NCBI RefSeq assembly: GCF_006345805.1
Contig: NW_021835003.1
Location: 1-57,452 of the forward strand
DNA: 57,452 bases
From: Octopus sinensis
Taxonomy: Eukaryota
Direction: 5' to 3'
Positions 37,161 through 50,445 of the stretch are shown piece by piece (within the stretch, counting starts at the first letter, position 1; every line of letters begins with the position of its first letter). The notes beneath the pieces are model-generated. The model had not been told where the DNA came from. It was given only the letters and a program-made list of their open reading frames with translations, and did not search any database. The position numbers and the translations under genes were made by a program.

Positions 37161-37536
37161 GGAGGCGCAATGGCCCAGTGGTTAGGGCAGCAGACTCACG
37201 GTCGTGGGATCGCAGTTTCGATTCCCAGACCGGGCATTGTGAGTGGTTATTGAGCGAAAACACCTAAAGCTCCATGAAGGCTCCGGCAGTGGAGGTAGCG
37301 AAACCTGCTGTACTGTTTCACCCCAACTTTCACTCTTTCTTCCTCTTTCTGTTGTACCTGTATTTCAAAGGGCCAGCCTTGTCACACACTGTGTCACGCT
37401 GAATCTCCCCGAGAACTACGTTAAAGGTACACGTGTCTATGGAGTGCTCAGCCACTTATACGTTAATTTCATGAACAAGCTGTTTCGTTGATCGTATCAG
37501 CTGGGACCCTCGTCGTGGCAACCGATGGAGTACTCC
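37161..37536 (+). mobile_element. SINE C variant, full length
   Basis: Head through tail 1. Confidence 0.88.
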
Positions 37537-37537
37537 T

Positions 37538-37600
<63 letters not shown>

Positions 37601-38045
37601 TATTATAAAGGCAGATTTTATCTGCCTCCCTTTGGGAGTTATACAAATCTACAATATAGGATTTCTTCAATTACAATTTACCTAGCAGTTTTAAGAGTAC
37701 AATGCATCGCGTCATGCCAGGTCAAGTTTTAATATTTAAACTCCAATTAAGCAAAATTTACAGAAACTCACATTCTGGTGTGTGTGTCAAATGCTTTTCT
37801 TAGTCTTGTTTACACCACACGCAAACGCACACACACAGTGGGCAACGAATAAAATGAAAGTAAATGTAATATTTGTTTCTGTCTATCACACTGATAGATA
37901 CATGAGTAAAATGTATGGGAAGCTAACAGATAACAGTGAGTGAAAATGTTCTTGGAAGAGAGTAAATTAGCGACAGTGATTTGAGGAAGACTAAACTGAA
38001 ACTATGAAACAGTGTTTATGTATAAACAGACGACACTTATATAAA

Positions 38046-38345
38046 CCCTTTCGTTACCAAACCGCCGAATTTACCTATTCATATTTAAATGAGAATATCA
38101 GAGTAAATCTCTTTAGTACATTCGTGAAAACACGTATTATACTTCGTAAACACTTCAAATACAGTTTTGTACAAAAATCGAAGTGTAATTTTAATTCCGT
38201 GAATTATGGGAGATTTTTTTCCGAAATTTGTTCCTATTGTGTTTTCAAAATTTGTAATTCTGACAAAAAATGGATACGAATTTCATTATATCAAGCAGCG
38301 AGTCAGAATTCGAAGGATTTTCTACTGAAGACCTTCATAAATCTA
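38046..38345 (+). mobile_element. Possible piggyBac-like 5' end
   Basis: TAAA|CCCTTTCGTTACC terminus; downstream MDTN..SSSESEFEGFSTEDL acidic N-terminus. Confidence 0.4.
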
Positions 38346-38370
38346 ACTCTATGACTGAAAAAAAAAAGCA

Positions 38371-38762
38371 TCTTTATATAAGAGTGAAGTTGTGTGTCTG
38401 TCCCCTTCGATTTACATTCGTAACTACTCCCACATTTTGCGGTGCAGTTTAACCAAAAGCGGGTATCTTATAGTCGTGATTCATATCGAGCCCTTCTGGG
38501 TATTAGCGCGCGTCTACGATGAGTCTACGATTTTAAAAAAAATTTACCATCATATTTTTCCATTTTAATGCATTTTTTCGCTTTTATATAAGGGAAGTAA
38601 CTCTCTAAAAATATCTGCGATGTGTCAACGATTTAAAAAAAATTTACCTTAATTTTTTTTCAATTTTTAATGCATTTTTTGCTATTTTTTGGCTATAACT
38701 CCTAAAAATGCTTATATAGTTATTTCCCTTACAACCCGAGCAACGCCGGGCGATACTGCTAG
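38371..38762 (+). mobile_element. Non-autonomous Helitron, third copy
   Basis: A|TC start, hairpin, CTAG|T end. Confidence 0.85.
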
Positions 38763-38844
38763 TATATATATATATATATATCATATATATATATATATAT
38801 ACATACACACACACATCTAAACATCCATACACATATATAAACCT

Positions 38845-39215
38845 TATTTCTTTATTGCCCACAAGGAGCTAAACATAGAGGGGACAATCAAAGACAGACA
38901 AACGGATTAAGTCAATTAATCAACCCCAGTGCGTAACTGGTACTTAATTTATAGGCCCCGAAAGGATGAAAGGCAAAGTCAACCTCAGCGGAATTTGAAC
39001 TCAGAACGTAGCGGCAGACGAAATACCTATTTCTTTACTACCCACAAGGGGCTAAACACAGAGAGGACAAACAAGGACAGACATAGGTATTAAGTCGATT
39101 ACATCGACCTCTGTGCGTAACTGTTACTTAATTTATCGACCCCGAAAGGATGAAAGGCAAAGTCGACCTCGGCGGAATTCGAACTCAGAATACTAAGCAT
39201 TTCGCCCGGTGTGCT
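38845..39215 (-). mobile_element. SINE B, two units
   Basis: Family consensus. Confidence 0.88.
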
Positions 39216-39376
39216 ATAATTCTATACACGTATGTATATGTCTGCCGCTAAAGATTCCGATATTTTCGAAGAGCCAGAATTCATATAAGTCTCTTAACAG
39301 TTCTCACCGATATAAAACCACGTAACGATGGTCAGCCTAGAAGACCTGGACGCCAATCGGTATGAGCTCGGTTTAA

Positions 39377-39791
39377 GGCTGCGAGCTGGCAGAAACGTTA
39401 GCACGCCGGGCGAAATGCGTAGCCGTATTTCGCCTGCCGTTACGTTCTGAGTTCAAATTCCGCCGAGGTCAACTTTGCCTATCATCCTTTCGGGGTCGAT
39501 AAATTAAGTACCAGTTACGCATTGGTGTCAATATAATCGACTTAATCCGTTTGCCTGTCCTTGTTTGTCCCCTCTGTGTTTAGCCCCTTGTGGGTAATAA
39601 AGAAATAGGTATTTCGCCTGCCGTTACGTTGTGAGTTCAAATTCCGCCGAGGTCGACTTTGCCTTTCATTCTTTCGGGGTCGATAAATTAAATACCAGTT
39701 TCGCACTGGGGTTGATGTAATCGACTTAATACCTATGTCTGTCCTTGTTTGTCTCCTCTATGTTTAGCCCCTTGTGGGTAATAAAGAAATA
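39377..39791 (+). mobile_element. SINE B, two units
   Basis: Flanked by ATGAGCTCG at 39362 and 39795 (probable TSD). Confidence 0.9.
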
Positions 39792-40304
39792 GGAATGAGC
39801 TCGCGTAGATAATGTAGTCCTAGTTTAAACATCTGAAAATGAGACGTGATTGTCATGTTTAGAACGTCTTATGAATTGGTTTACTTAATCAGGAGTGACC
39901 TGGGGTTAAACAACACCACCAGAACATTAACAGATATCGATTTTCAATGATCTCCCTCTGCGTTCGCATTGTTCAATAACCACTTCCTTTCAATTTACTT
40001 ACGAAGAAGAGACTGCTTCAATAACTATTTTTATTTATGTATTTTTATTTCATTTTAGCCGCTTATCTCATCGATTAAACAAAAGAAACTCGATTGTCTC
40101 CCTTATGGCCGTTCTTCAGTCCAATTGTTTTCCCGTTACGTCGCAGTTTATCAACAAACACTGCTTTTGACATCTACTGAAACAATGGCAACAATATATT
40201 ACAGGAGATTACCAGAAATTTATTACTTCGTCTGCACAGTTGTATTGACTAAAATAATAAATTACGCTGAAAGAGCAAACACATAGGTTTACTTAACATC
40301 AATT

Positions 40305-40753
40305 GGGATCTTTTCGGTTTGAACGGCAGTTTTTGAAAATAATTTCCACGTAACTAAACACTTTTAAACTTCGTATACTGGTAGAATGTGTTTATAAAAC
40401 ATCTTTTTCTCTTGGTTTTATTGAGAAAATTCTATAGTTTGTAAGATATTTGTTGGGTTTTTTTCTTCAATTTCTGCAATTTCAACCAATCAATGACGTC
40501 TATTGAGGCAACAAAAAACCCATTATGTGTCGTATGAATATGTACCTCGTTTAAGAAACAGATTAAGTTTATTTACATTTGTGAAGAAAAATAGATACCT
40601 TTCACCCCACCCTAACCCTAACCCTAACTAACCCTAACCCTAAAATAGAAAAATAGATTGAAATGCAATAGATCGATACTAGGGTCATAATTATGGGTGA
40701 CAATTTCAAATGACACCGCGAGAAAAAACTGCCGTTCAAACCGAAAAGGTCCC
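40305..40753 (+). mobile_element. MITE with ~30-bp TIR and internal (CCCTAA)n
   Basis: GGGATCTTTTCGGTTTGAACGGCAGTTTTT TIR. Confidence 0.85.
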
Positions 40754-40984
40754 ATGAATTGTTCCTCCGCTGCCTTTCAATCCAGAATATTTTGCCACCG
40801 ATTCAGTCTCAAAATCTTAAATATTTCCCACTTAAATCGAATATTGATACGTAACATAATCACAAGGTCATACAGATTTTTCTCGCTGGGGTATTGTCAA
40901 TTATATTGATTCCAGTACTTTATTTTCTCGACCCAGGAAGGGACAAATAAAAGGCGAAGCCAATTATTTACTATGGGCGGACAA

Positions 40985-41215
40985 GTATTCTCACCTTGTT
41001 TGTTGTTACCACAACGTTTCGACTGATGTACTCTCCAGCCTTCATTAGGTCTTCTGGTGGAATTTCAAACCCAACCCTTTATATGACTAATGGAGTACTC
41101 TGTTCTCATTCCTCAGGTATTCTTGTTTTGTTGATGTTATTCTTTTTGTTGATATTACAACCCAAGTCCCTGACATGGATTGAACACAGAATCCGAGGGT
41201 TACTAGCTCGCGCAA
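40985..41215 (-). mobile_element. Diverged SINE F with hammerhead-like motif at 41008-41053
   Basis: tRNA-like head; CTAATGA-A-GGCTG..CAGTC-GAAAC-GTT. Confidence 0.6.
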
Positions 41216-41302
41216 AGTCGATCCACGTCATAGTTTCAGCTCAGAAATTTAAATAGGACGAGAAGCATTTTGCCGTACATCTTAGCGATTTTCCCGCCCT
41301 AG

Positions 41303-41890
41303 TCCCCTCTATGTTTAGCCCCTTGTAGGCAGTAAAGAAATAGGTATTTCGTCTGCCGCTACATTCTGAGTTCAAATTCCGCCGAGGTCGACTTTGCCTT
41401 TCATCCTTTCGGGGTCGATAAATTAAGTACCAGTTACGCACTGGGGTCGATGTAATCGACTTAATGCCTATGTCTGTCCTTGTTTGTCCCCTCTGTGTGT
41501 AGCCCCTTGCGGGGAGTAAAGAAATAGGTATTTCGTCTGCCGCTACGTTCTGAGTTCAAATTCCGCGGAGGTCGACTTTGCCATTCATCCTTTCGGGGTC
41601 GATTAAATAAGTACCAGTTACACACTGGGGTCGTTATAACCGACTTAATCTGTTTGTATGTCCTTGTTTGTCCCCTCTATGTTTAGCCCCTTGTGGGTAA
41701 TAAAAAATAAGAATCGTTAGCACGCTGGCAAAATATTTCATCCGTCTTCACGTTCTGTGTTCAAATTCCACCGAGGACTTTTCCCTTAATCCTTTCGGGA
41801 TCGATAAAATAATCAGTCGAGCACTGGGGTCGGTGTAATCGTTTTATCCCAACCCCGAAACTGATGGCCTTGTGCCAAAATTCGAAGTCA
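41303..41890 (+). mobile_element. SINE B multimer followed by old B0 copy
   Basis: Junctions at ~41342 and ~41526. Confidence 0.85.
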
Positions 41891-42401
41891 ATATTTCTGA
41901 TATCTTCTTTGTAAATAGAATACTTCATTTAAAAAAAAAAAGAAAAAAAAAAAAAGAAAAGTAACAGGATGGTTCAAGTTGGAATATCTTTCACCATTAG
42001 CCCTGGTTGATCAAAGCTGACCCGGGGTGAAACAATTAATAACAATTATCTCCCGATATTTATGAGCTAGTATAGCATCACGGATCGAGAAGTAATCTTC
42101 ATCACTGACTCAGGAAGCCGAGAACACAGTCTGATAAAATGTTGTTAAATATTAATAGTAGGGCGGCGAGTTTCTAGCAGCGACGGATTAACTAGCATAA
42201 ACGCCTAACTCTTGTCAATCTGATTGACTATGATGGATGGTGTTGTGTTGTGGTTTAGCCCCGGGTGACTTATGATCAAAGATATTCCAATCGTGAATAT
42301 CCAGCTTTTTCTTTTGAGCGAAGAACTATGGTCTACATTAATGAATGTCCTTTTCTGAGACACCAGGGATATAATTTAAGGGAGATCTGACAGCTATTTC
42401 T

Positions 42402-43010
42402 TATTTCTTTACTGCCCACAAGGGGGGTACACACAGAGGGGACAAACAAGGACAGACAAAGGGATTAAGTCTATTGTATCGACTTCAGTGCGTAACTGGT
42501 ACTTATTTAATCGACCCCGAAAGGATGAAAGGCAAAGTCGACCTCGGCGGAATTTGAACTTAGAACGTAAGGGCAGACGAAATACCTATTTCTTTACTAT
42601 CCACAAGGGGCCAAACACAGAGAGGACAAACAAGGACAGACTAACGGATTAAATCGATTATATCGACCCCAGTGCGTAACGAGTACTTTATTTATCGACC
42701 CCGAAAGATTGAAAGGCAAAGTCGACTTCGGCGGAATTTGAACTCAGAACGTAACGGCAGACGAAATACCTATTTCTTTACTACCCACAAGGGGCTAAAC
42801 ACAGAGGGGACAAACAAGGACAGACAAAGGGATTAAGTCGATTATATCGACCCCAGTGCGTAACTGGTACTTAATTTATCGACCTCGAAAGGATGAAAGG
42901 CAAAGTCGACCTAGGCGGAATTTGAACTCAGAACGTAACGGTAGACGAAATACGGCAAATACCGCTGAATATTTCGCCCGGCGTGCTAACGTCTCTGCCA
43001 GCTCGCTGCC
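42402..43010 (-). mobile_element. SINE B, three units
   Basis: Family consensus. Confidence 0.9.
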
Positions 43011-43246
43011 ATATCTACCACCTGCTGAGTATATAAACGTGTACGGATATGTCCGCTCACACTTTACGTACATGTAAATGCACTTGACTATTTTCTGATT
43101 TGCTGTGACGAGATCTGTCATAGCAAGTAACTCTCATTCGGAGCCGTTTATCAGCGATCGTCATTCCTTCGAAATCGGTCTGGGGCGGCAATGGTTGTTT
43201 TACGTTTAAGAATCAAGCTAAAATTTTTGTAGTTGCTTTGTTCCTA

Positions 43247-43657
43247 GGCGCAGTAGTGGCCGTGTGGTAAGTAGCTTGCTAACCAACCACATGGTTCCGG
43301 GTTCAGTCCCACTGCGTGGCACCTTGGGCAAGTGTCTTCTACTATAGCCCTGGGCCGACCAATGCCCTGTGAGTGGATTTGGTAGACGGAAACTGAAAGA
43401 AGCCCGTCGTATATATGTATATATATATATATGCGTGTGTGTGTTTGTGTGTCTGTGTTTATCCCCCTAGCATTGCTTGACAACCGATGCTGGTGTGTTT
43501 ATGTCCCTGTTACATAGCGGTTCGGCAAAAGAGACCGATAGAATAAGTACTGGGCTTACAAAAGAATAAGTCCCGGGGTCGAGTTGCTCGATTAAAGGCG
43601 GTGCTCCAGCATGGCCGCAGTCAAATGACTGAAACAAGTAAAGGAGTAAAAAGAGTA
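43247..43657 (+). mobile_element. SINE A
   Basis: Family consensus. Confidence 0.9.
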
Positions 43658-43829
43658 TCTATATTATAGATCTCATTGCTAAAGAGGTTTAACATTAAAG
43701 TGTTACCAACAAGCGAACGATTACTAAGCTGCAAAGAAATAAGTAGAAAAAAGAAAAAGATGTCTAGATCGATGAATAGTATGTCGTGTTTTTATTTGTC
43801 GAATCAAGCAATTCAGCTTGACATCTACC

Positions 43830-45172
43830 TCGACGCTGGAAGAATCAGATACCAGCAGATTTTGCAGACATGCCTCGATATGAGGCCACCGTGAATATAT
43901 CTAAGGTGATATAAGCATAGCCAAGGGCGGTTTTGGCGAAAATCCGATGCAAAGTGTTTTATATCGGTTTGCGTTTAGCAATCGAAGAGAAGAAACGTTG
44001 ATTAGAACAATAGTGAAAACCAAACTGTTTGATTTAGACAAGACACCACAATGGAGTGTCATCTGCACACGACAAGCTAGATACTGTCTTCGAATGAAGA
44101 AGAGAAAATCTAAACTTGCTCATTGGCGCCCTTGGAAAGTTACTGATTTTACAAAGAAACACATTTGGAAATTTTGAAGTTGTTCGAAATATCTATTATT
44201 ACCAACATTTATAACGTCATACTGGCAACGTAGCATAATCTATCAACTTAATTTGTAAGAACTTTTCATTCTATATTACTCTTTACACTTTTACTCTTTT
44301 ACTTGTTTCAGTCATTTGACTGTGGCCATGCTGGAGCACCGCCTTTAGTCGAGCAACTCGACCCCGAGACTTATTCTTTGTAAGCCCAGTACTTATTCTA
44401 TCGGTCTCTTTTGCCGAACCGCTAAGTAACGGGGACATAAACACACCAGCATCGGTTGTCAAGCAATGCTGGGGGATAAACACAGACACACAAACACAGA
44501 CACACATATATATATATATACATATATACGACAGGCTTCTTTCAGTTTCCGTCTACCAAATCCACTCACAAGGCATTGGTCGGCCCGAGGCTATAGCAGA
44601 AGACACTTGCCCAAGGTGCCACGCAGTGGGACTGAACCCGGAACCATGTGGCTGGTTAGCAACCTACTTACCACACAGCCACTCCTGCGTCTATATAGCT
44701 AACTTCAGTGATTTTATTGAAACAAATTTCAGTAATCAGCTTTCAAGTGTCGAAATCCATGTTTCTGGATCCTCAGCAGATCCTGACCTTCCAAAGAAAT
44801 CGCATATCTAAGGTGATGTAATCGTAGCCATGGGCAGTCATGACAAAAATCCGATGAAAAGATTTTTATATCGGTTTACATCTAAACTATTTCACTTAGA
44901 CCAGGGCACCACAACGAGGTGTCGTCTGCTCGCGACAAACCTGATACGTTCTTCAAATAAAGAAGAGAAAGAAGTGAACTTGCTTATTGGCGCTCTTGGA
45001 AAGTCACTGAATTTATTAAGAAAGACACTTGAAAATTTTGAAGTTGTACGAAATATATATTATTACCAACATTTATCACGCCATACTGGCAACGTAGCAT
45101 AATCTATCAACTTAATTTGTAAGAACTTTTCATTTTATATAGTTAACTTCAGTGATTTTGTTGAAACAAATT
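43830..45172 (+). repeat. Degenerate ~444-bp tandem repeat with coding-like content, split by SINE A
   Basis: TATATAG(C/T)TAACTTCAGTG at 44692 and 45136; shared 3' block at 44170-44276 and 45030-45135. Confidence 0.8.
44277..44690 (-). mobile_element. SINE A
   Basis: CTATAT TSD at 44271 and 44691. Confidence 0.9.
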
Positions 45173-45604
45173 AAAAGACATTCAAATTACGACAGTTAAT
45201 TCAGATATCTGCTGTCTCCATAAAAAATATACTTGACTAAACGATAATAGATGACTGGAAATATAGAAGAACAATATTGAGATTTATTTACTTAATAATG
45301 CAGTTAATTAGTAGGTAGTACTAGTCGTGACGATTACTGTTTTGAAGGATGTTTTTAGCGAATAAATATTTCATGATATATTTTGGAATTAAATGTTCTT
45401 ACTACAACAAGAACATATTTTCCCTCAATACGCACTGAAATTCTCTAAGATATCTTGGTTTCTATCCTCAGATAAACCGAGACACGGAAGTGGAAATGTC
45501 TCATTCCTCGACCTAAAACAATAAAAATGCTGCTTGTAGCAACTACTGAAAGTGTTTGCGATCGTCTTGTAATTCCTTTCAACACTACTTAAGCGTTCTA
45601 TGTA

Positions 45605-46500
45605 AAAGGAAAAGTTCTTTGAAGTTAAATTGATAGATTATGCTACGTTGACAATATGGCATGACAGATGTTGGCAATAACATATATTTCGTACAACTTC
45701 AAAATTTTCAAGTGTCTTTCTTAATAAAATCAGTGAATTTCCAAGAGCGCCAATAAGCAAGTTCACTTCTTTCTCTTCTTTATTTGAAGAACGTATCAGG
45801 ATTGTCGCGAGCAGACGACACCTCGCTGTGGTGCCCTGGTCTAAGTCAAATAGTTTGGTTTTCACTATCGGGATCTTTTCGGTTTGAACGGCAGTTTTTA
45901 AAAATAATTTCCACATAACTAAACACTTTTAAACTTCGTATACTGGTAGAATGTGTTTATAAAACATCTTTTTCTCTTGGCTTTATTCAGAAAATTCTAT
46001 AGTTTGTAAGATATTTGTTGTTTTTTTCTTCAATTTCTGCAATTTCAACCAATCAATGACGTCAATTGAGGTAACAAACATTCTGTGCCGTATGAATATG
46101 TCCCTCGTTTAAGAAACAGATTGGGTTTATTTACATTTCTGAATAAAAAAAGATACCCTTCCCCCCACCCCTAATCCTAACCCTAACCCTAACTAACCCT
46201 AACTAACCCTAACCCTAAAACATATTGAAATGCAATAGATCGATACTAGGGTCATAATTATGGGTGACAATTTCATATGACACCGCTAGAAAAAACTGCC
46301 GTTCAAACCGAAAAGATCCCACTATAGTTCTCTTCGACTGCTAGACGTAAACCGATATAAAAATCTTTTGATCGGATTTTTGTCAAGACTGCCCATGGCT
46401 ATGATTACATCACCTTAGATATGCGATTTCTTAGGAAGGTCAGGATCTATTGAGGATCCAGAAACATGGATTTCGACACATGAAAGCTGATTACTGAAAT
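45605..46500 (-). repeat. Inverted copy of the 444-bp unit, interrupted by MITE
   Basis: Reverse complement of 44720-45130. Confidence 0.8.
45870..46320 (+). mobile_element. Telomeric-repeat MITE
   Basis: TIRs; ACTATC/ACTATA flanks. Confidence 0.88.
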
Positions 46501-46725
46501 AGGTTTCTTGGTTTACGATTGTAGCGTAGAATCCGGAAGCCATAATTTCCAGACAGGTATAGCTGACAAAATTAAAAAATACCACAAGCCTCATTCTGAA
46601 GTGAATATAGTAAAAGCATGTACCTTTCTTTCGCAAACTGTTTTCGTTGCCTGTGAATTCACAAGCAGACACAGATGCACCCCCATCCTTCCCACTTACA
46701 TTTAAAGATATTAACAGATATAATA

Positions 46726-47103
46726 GACGCAGGAGTGGCTGTGTGGTAAGTAGCTTGCTAACCAACCACACGGTTGCTGGTTCAGTCCCACTGCGTGGCA
46801 TCTTGGGCAGGTGTCTTCTGCTATAGCCCCGGGCCGACCAATGCCTTGTGAGTGGATTTGGTAGACGGAAACTGAAAGAAGCCTGTCGTATATATGTATA
46901 TATATATATGTATGTGTGTGTGATTGTGTGTCTGTGTTTGTCCTCCTAGCATTGCTTGATAACCGATGCTGGTGTGTTTGCGTCCCCGTCACTTAGCGGT
47001 TCGGCAAAAAGAGACCGATAGAATAAGTACTAAAAAGGTGGTGCTCCAGCATGGCCGCAGTCAAAATGACTGAAACAAGTAAAAGAGTAAAAGAGTAAAA
47101 GAG
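46726..47103 (+). mobile_element. SINE A with 3' internal deletion
   Basis: Family consensus. Confidence 0.88.
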
Positions 47104-47360
47104 ATGGAAAGAGAAACGGCCGCACCAGCATTAGGCTGGTCCTCATTTTCAGCTGAAGCAACGTCCATTAAAAGGCTTTGCTCAAAGACAAAAAACCCTG
47201 TTTGCTCCGGGATGCGAAACCACAAACTTATGCTTGTGAGCTCAAAATCCTAACAAACACACATACGTGCAAATAAACACACACACACATATATATTTAC
47301 ATATAATATGTGTGTATATATATGTATATGCCTGCTTTTGTATGTATGTTTATATATATA

Positions 47361-47871
47361 CCGTAAATCCTCGAGTATATTCCGCATTTTTTACCCAAAT
47401 TTTAACGGTCAAAATCCCTAATGCGTATTATACACGAGATTAGAAATGAAGATTATTTTCTAAGCAATGTCTGAGTCTCTATTTACTGTCCGGCAATGTT
47501 TATTCCGACGCATTTTGTGATGTCGGGCACAAAAATACCTTAAGCTAAGCCTGAAAGCAATGAAGTCATAAAAGAACCATCCATAACTTGCAGTAAGCAA
47601 CATTTATTAAACGTTATTACTGTTATTTCTTTATTTTCTGCAAACAAAATGCACAAAAAAGCTACACGTTTGCATTATGTTATGTATACAATAATAATAA
47701 AGGACGTTAGCGTATACATTTTTACAAACCAAGGATGTTATATAGACCTCCTTGACTCAAGTTAGAGAAGGGATGCGTATTATACACAAGGTTTAGGTTT
47801 TTCAGAGGTACAGCCCCTAAAAATCCCCTGCGTATTATACTCAAGGGCGGACTATACTCGAGGATTTACGG
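47361..47871. mobile_element. Pogo/Tigger-like MITE
   Basis: Perfect 19-bp TIR CCGTAAATCCTCGAGTATA; TA TSD; three TGCGTATTATAC internal motifs. Confidence 0.88.
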
Positions 47872-47873
47872 TA

Positions 47874-48215
47874 GTCATAACACTGCGGCCATGCTTGGGC
47901 ACCGCCCAAAAGAATTTTAGTCGAATGAATCAACCCAGGTCTCTTTTATCGGACCGATAACTTATAGAGACATAAATACAATAAATACACTAACACTGAT
48001 TGCCAAACGGCGGTGGGGGGAAGGGGCAAACACAAACGTAGAGACATACATATACGTATATATATATATATATTATATATATATATACGACAGGTTTATT
48101 TCAGTTTCCTAATAGACGCACAAGGTTTGGTCTACGATACTTCACAGTGGGACTGAACCCGGAATCATGTGGTTGCGAAGCAAATTTCTTACCACTCAAC
48201 CACGACTCCGCTTGC
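47874..48215 (-). mobile_element. Old diverged SINE A
   Basis: Patchy similarity in head and tail. Confidence 0.65.
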
Positions 48216-48229
48216 AAAAGAGCTTACGC

Positions 48230-48312
<83 letters not shown>

Positions 48313-48766
48313 CCTTGATTTGCAATTAGAATTGACTAAATGCTCAGAGACGGAATATTGCTTGGCGACACAAGGCGTGTTATAAAACCCTGCAAAGACC
48401 TGTCTCCAAAACGAAAAATTATAAGTAAGTCGCATCTCTATACTGTGCAATTAAATGATATATATATATTCAGGATTAAATAAAAAGACAACAAACGGAA
48501 AAATGACCTACCTATATATATAATTTTAAAAAAAACGTGCAGTAAATAAATAAACAAACATATACTAAATACACAGACGGACAGAAAATACAGAAGGTCA
48601 CCGATTCTTCATCAGTTATCTGCCAGATGTCAAACGCAATTTCGGCCATTATCGATAACATTACTTTCACTCTGGAGGCACCGACACGAAAGTTGCCGGA
48701 ATGGGACCTAAACATAACAAAACGAAACGGGCTCTAGACGAGACCGTTAGTGGAAGGACGGGGGAC

Positions 48767-48812
<46 letters not shown>

Positions 48813-49349
48813 TGTGTGTGTGTGTGTGTGTGTGTGTATTTGTGTGTATATATGTGTGTATCTATGCATATAGAAAGATAGCTAGAGGGGAAATGTTTGG
48901 GGAAAATATATCCAGAGCTCTTTATAATTACTAGCAAATTGGACTCTGACATATATAATAAGTCAATATTTAAATGAATAAAACTTACATCCGTCGTGAT
49001 GAAGAACATTCGTTATCTTAATTAATTATTGTCAAGAGAAGTAGAGGAGACAACTCTGGAATTTAATTATAATTGACGTAGAATACACTGAATATCATCT
49101 TTTTCGGTATAATCACAACTTCTGTCATATGAAAGCACAAACAGTAGAATTGTTTCCGTGAAAATAAGAATCTTTATGTCTGGTGAATAAAAATTAGTTT
49201 TTAAATATATAATTACAATGTAATGCCCCCTAGAAGCAGTGCACACAACAAAACCTAATGAATTGATATCAGAAGAATGGAGTTTCAAATTGTCTGAGAT
49301 ACAATTGTAACCCAGTAGCAGTTTTAACAAAACAAAATACTGAATTAAA

Positions 49350-49406
<57 letters not shown>

Positions 49407-49579
49407 ATATAATATATATATATATATATACACACACATATATATACATATACATATATATGTACATACATACATACATATATATATATATATATTTGTA
49501 TATGTATATATATGTATATGTATATATATACATATATATACATATATATATATATACATATTTGTATATGTATATATAG

Positions 49580-49611
<32 letters not shown>

Positions 49612-49889
49612 ATATACACACACATATATATACATACATATATATATATATACATATACATATACAATATATATATATATATTTGTATATGTATATATAT
49701 GTATATGTATATATATACATATATATACATATATATATATATAATATTTGTATATGTATATATATGTATATATATACATATATATACATACATATATATA
49801 TATTTGTATATGTATATATATGTATATGTATATATATATACATATATATACATACATATATATATATTTGTATATGTATATATATATGC

Positions 49890-49984
<95 letters not shown>

Positions 49985-49995
49985 CATATACATAT

Positions 49996-50030
<35 letters not shown>
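49350..50030. repeat. (TA)n array with higher-order substructure
   Basis: TATTTGTATATGTATATATATG recurs about every 60 bp. Confidence 0.9.
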
Positions 50031-50031
<1 letters not shown>

Positions 50032-50229
50032 ATATCAGACAAAAAATTGAAATATAAATGTTACTTTTGAGATAAAAATTTCTTCGAATTCATTCTATGA
50101 CGATGTATCAACATCTTCTGAATTTGCATCTATTGTACCTGACATTGCTGCTAGTCACTTGAATGTCGTTTTTCATAAAACAGACGGTGTTATCATACGA
50201 TTCATCAGGTGCATTGTTCTTGAGAAACA

Positions 50230-50445
50230 TGGTGGCGAACTGGCGGAATAGTTACCGCGCCGGTCAAAATGCTTAGCAGCATTTCGTTCGTCTTTACGTT
50301 CTGAGTTCAAATTCCGCCGAGGCCGACTTTTCCTTCCGTCGACTTTTCCTTCCTTGTTAAAACTGCTACCGGGTTACAATTGTATCTTAGACAGGATCGA
50401 TAAAATAAGTACCAGCGGAATACTGGGGTCCCCCCCGAGCTTGTT
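50230..50445 (+). mobile_element. Old SINE B0 with internal templated insert
   Basis: B head and centre. Confidence 0.7.

Noticed and set aside
48595-48700. Minus-strand exon after a good acceptor
   Set aside because: Weak donor, ambiguous frame, no recognisable peptide
49067-50070. ORFs up to 310 aa of YI repeats
   Set aside because: (TA)n translations
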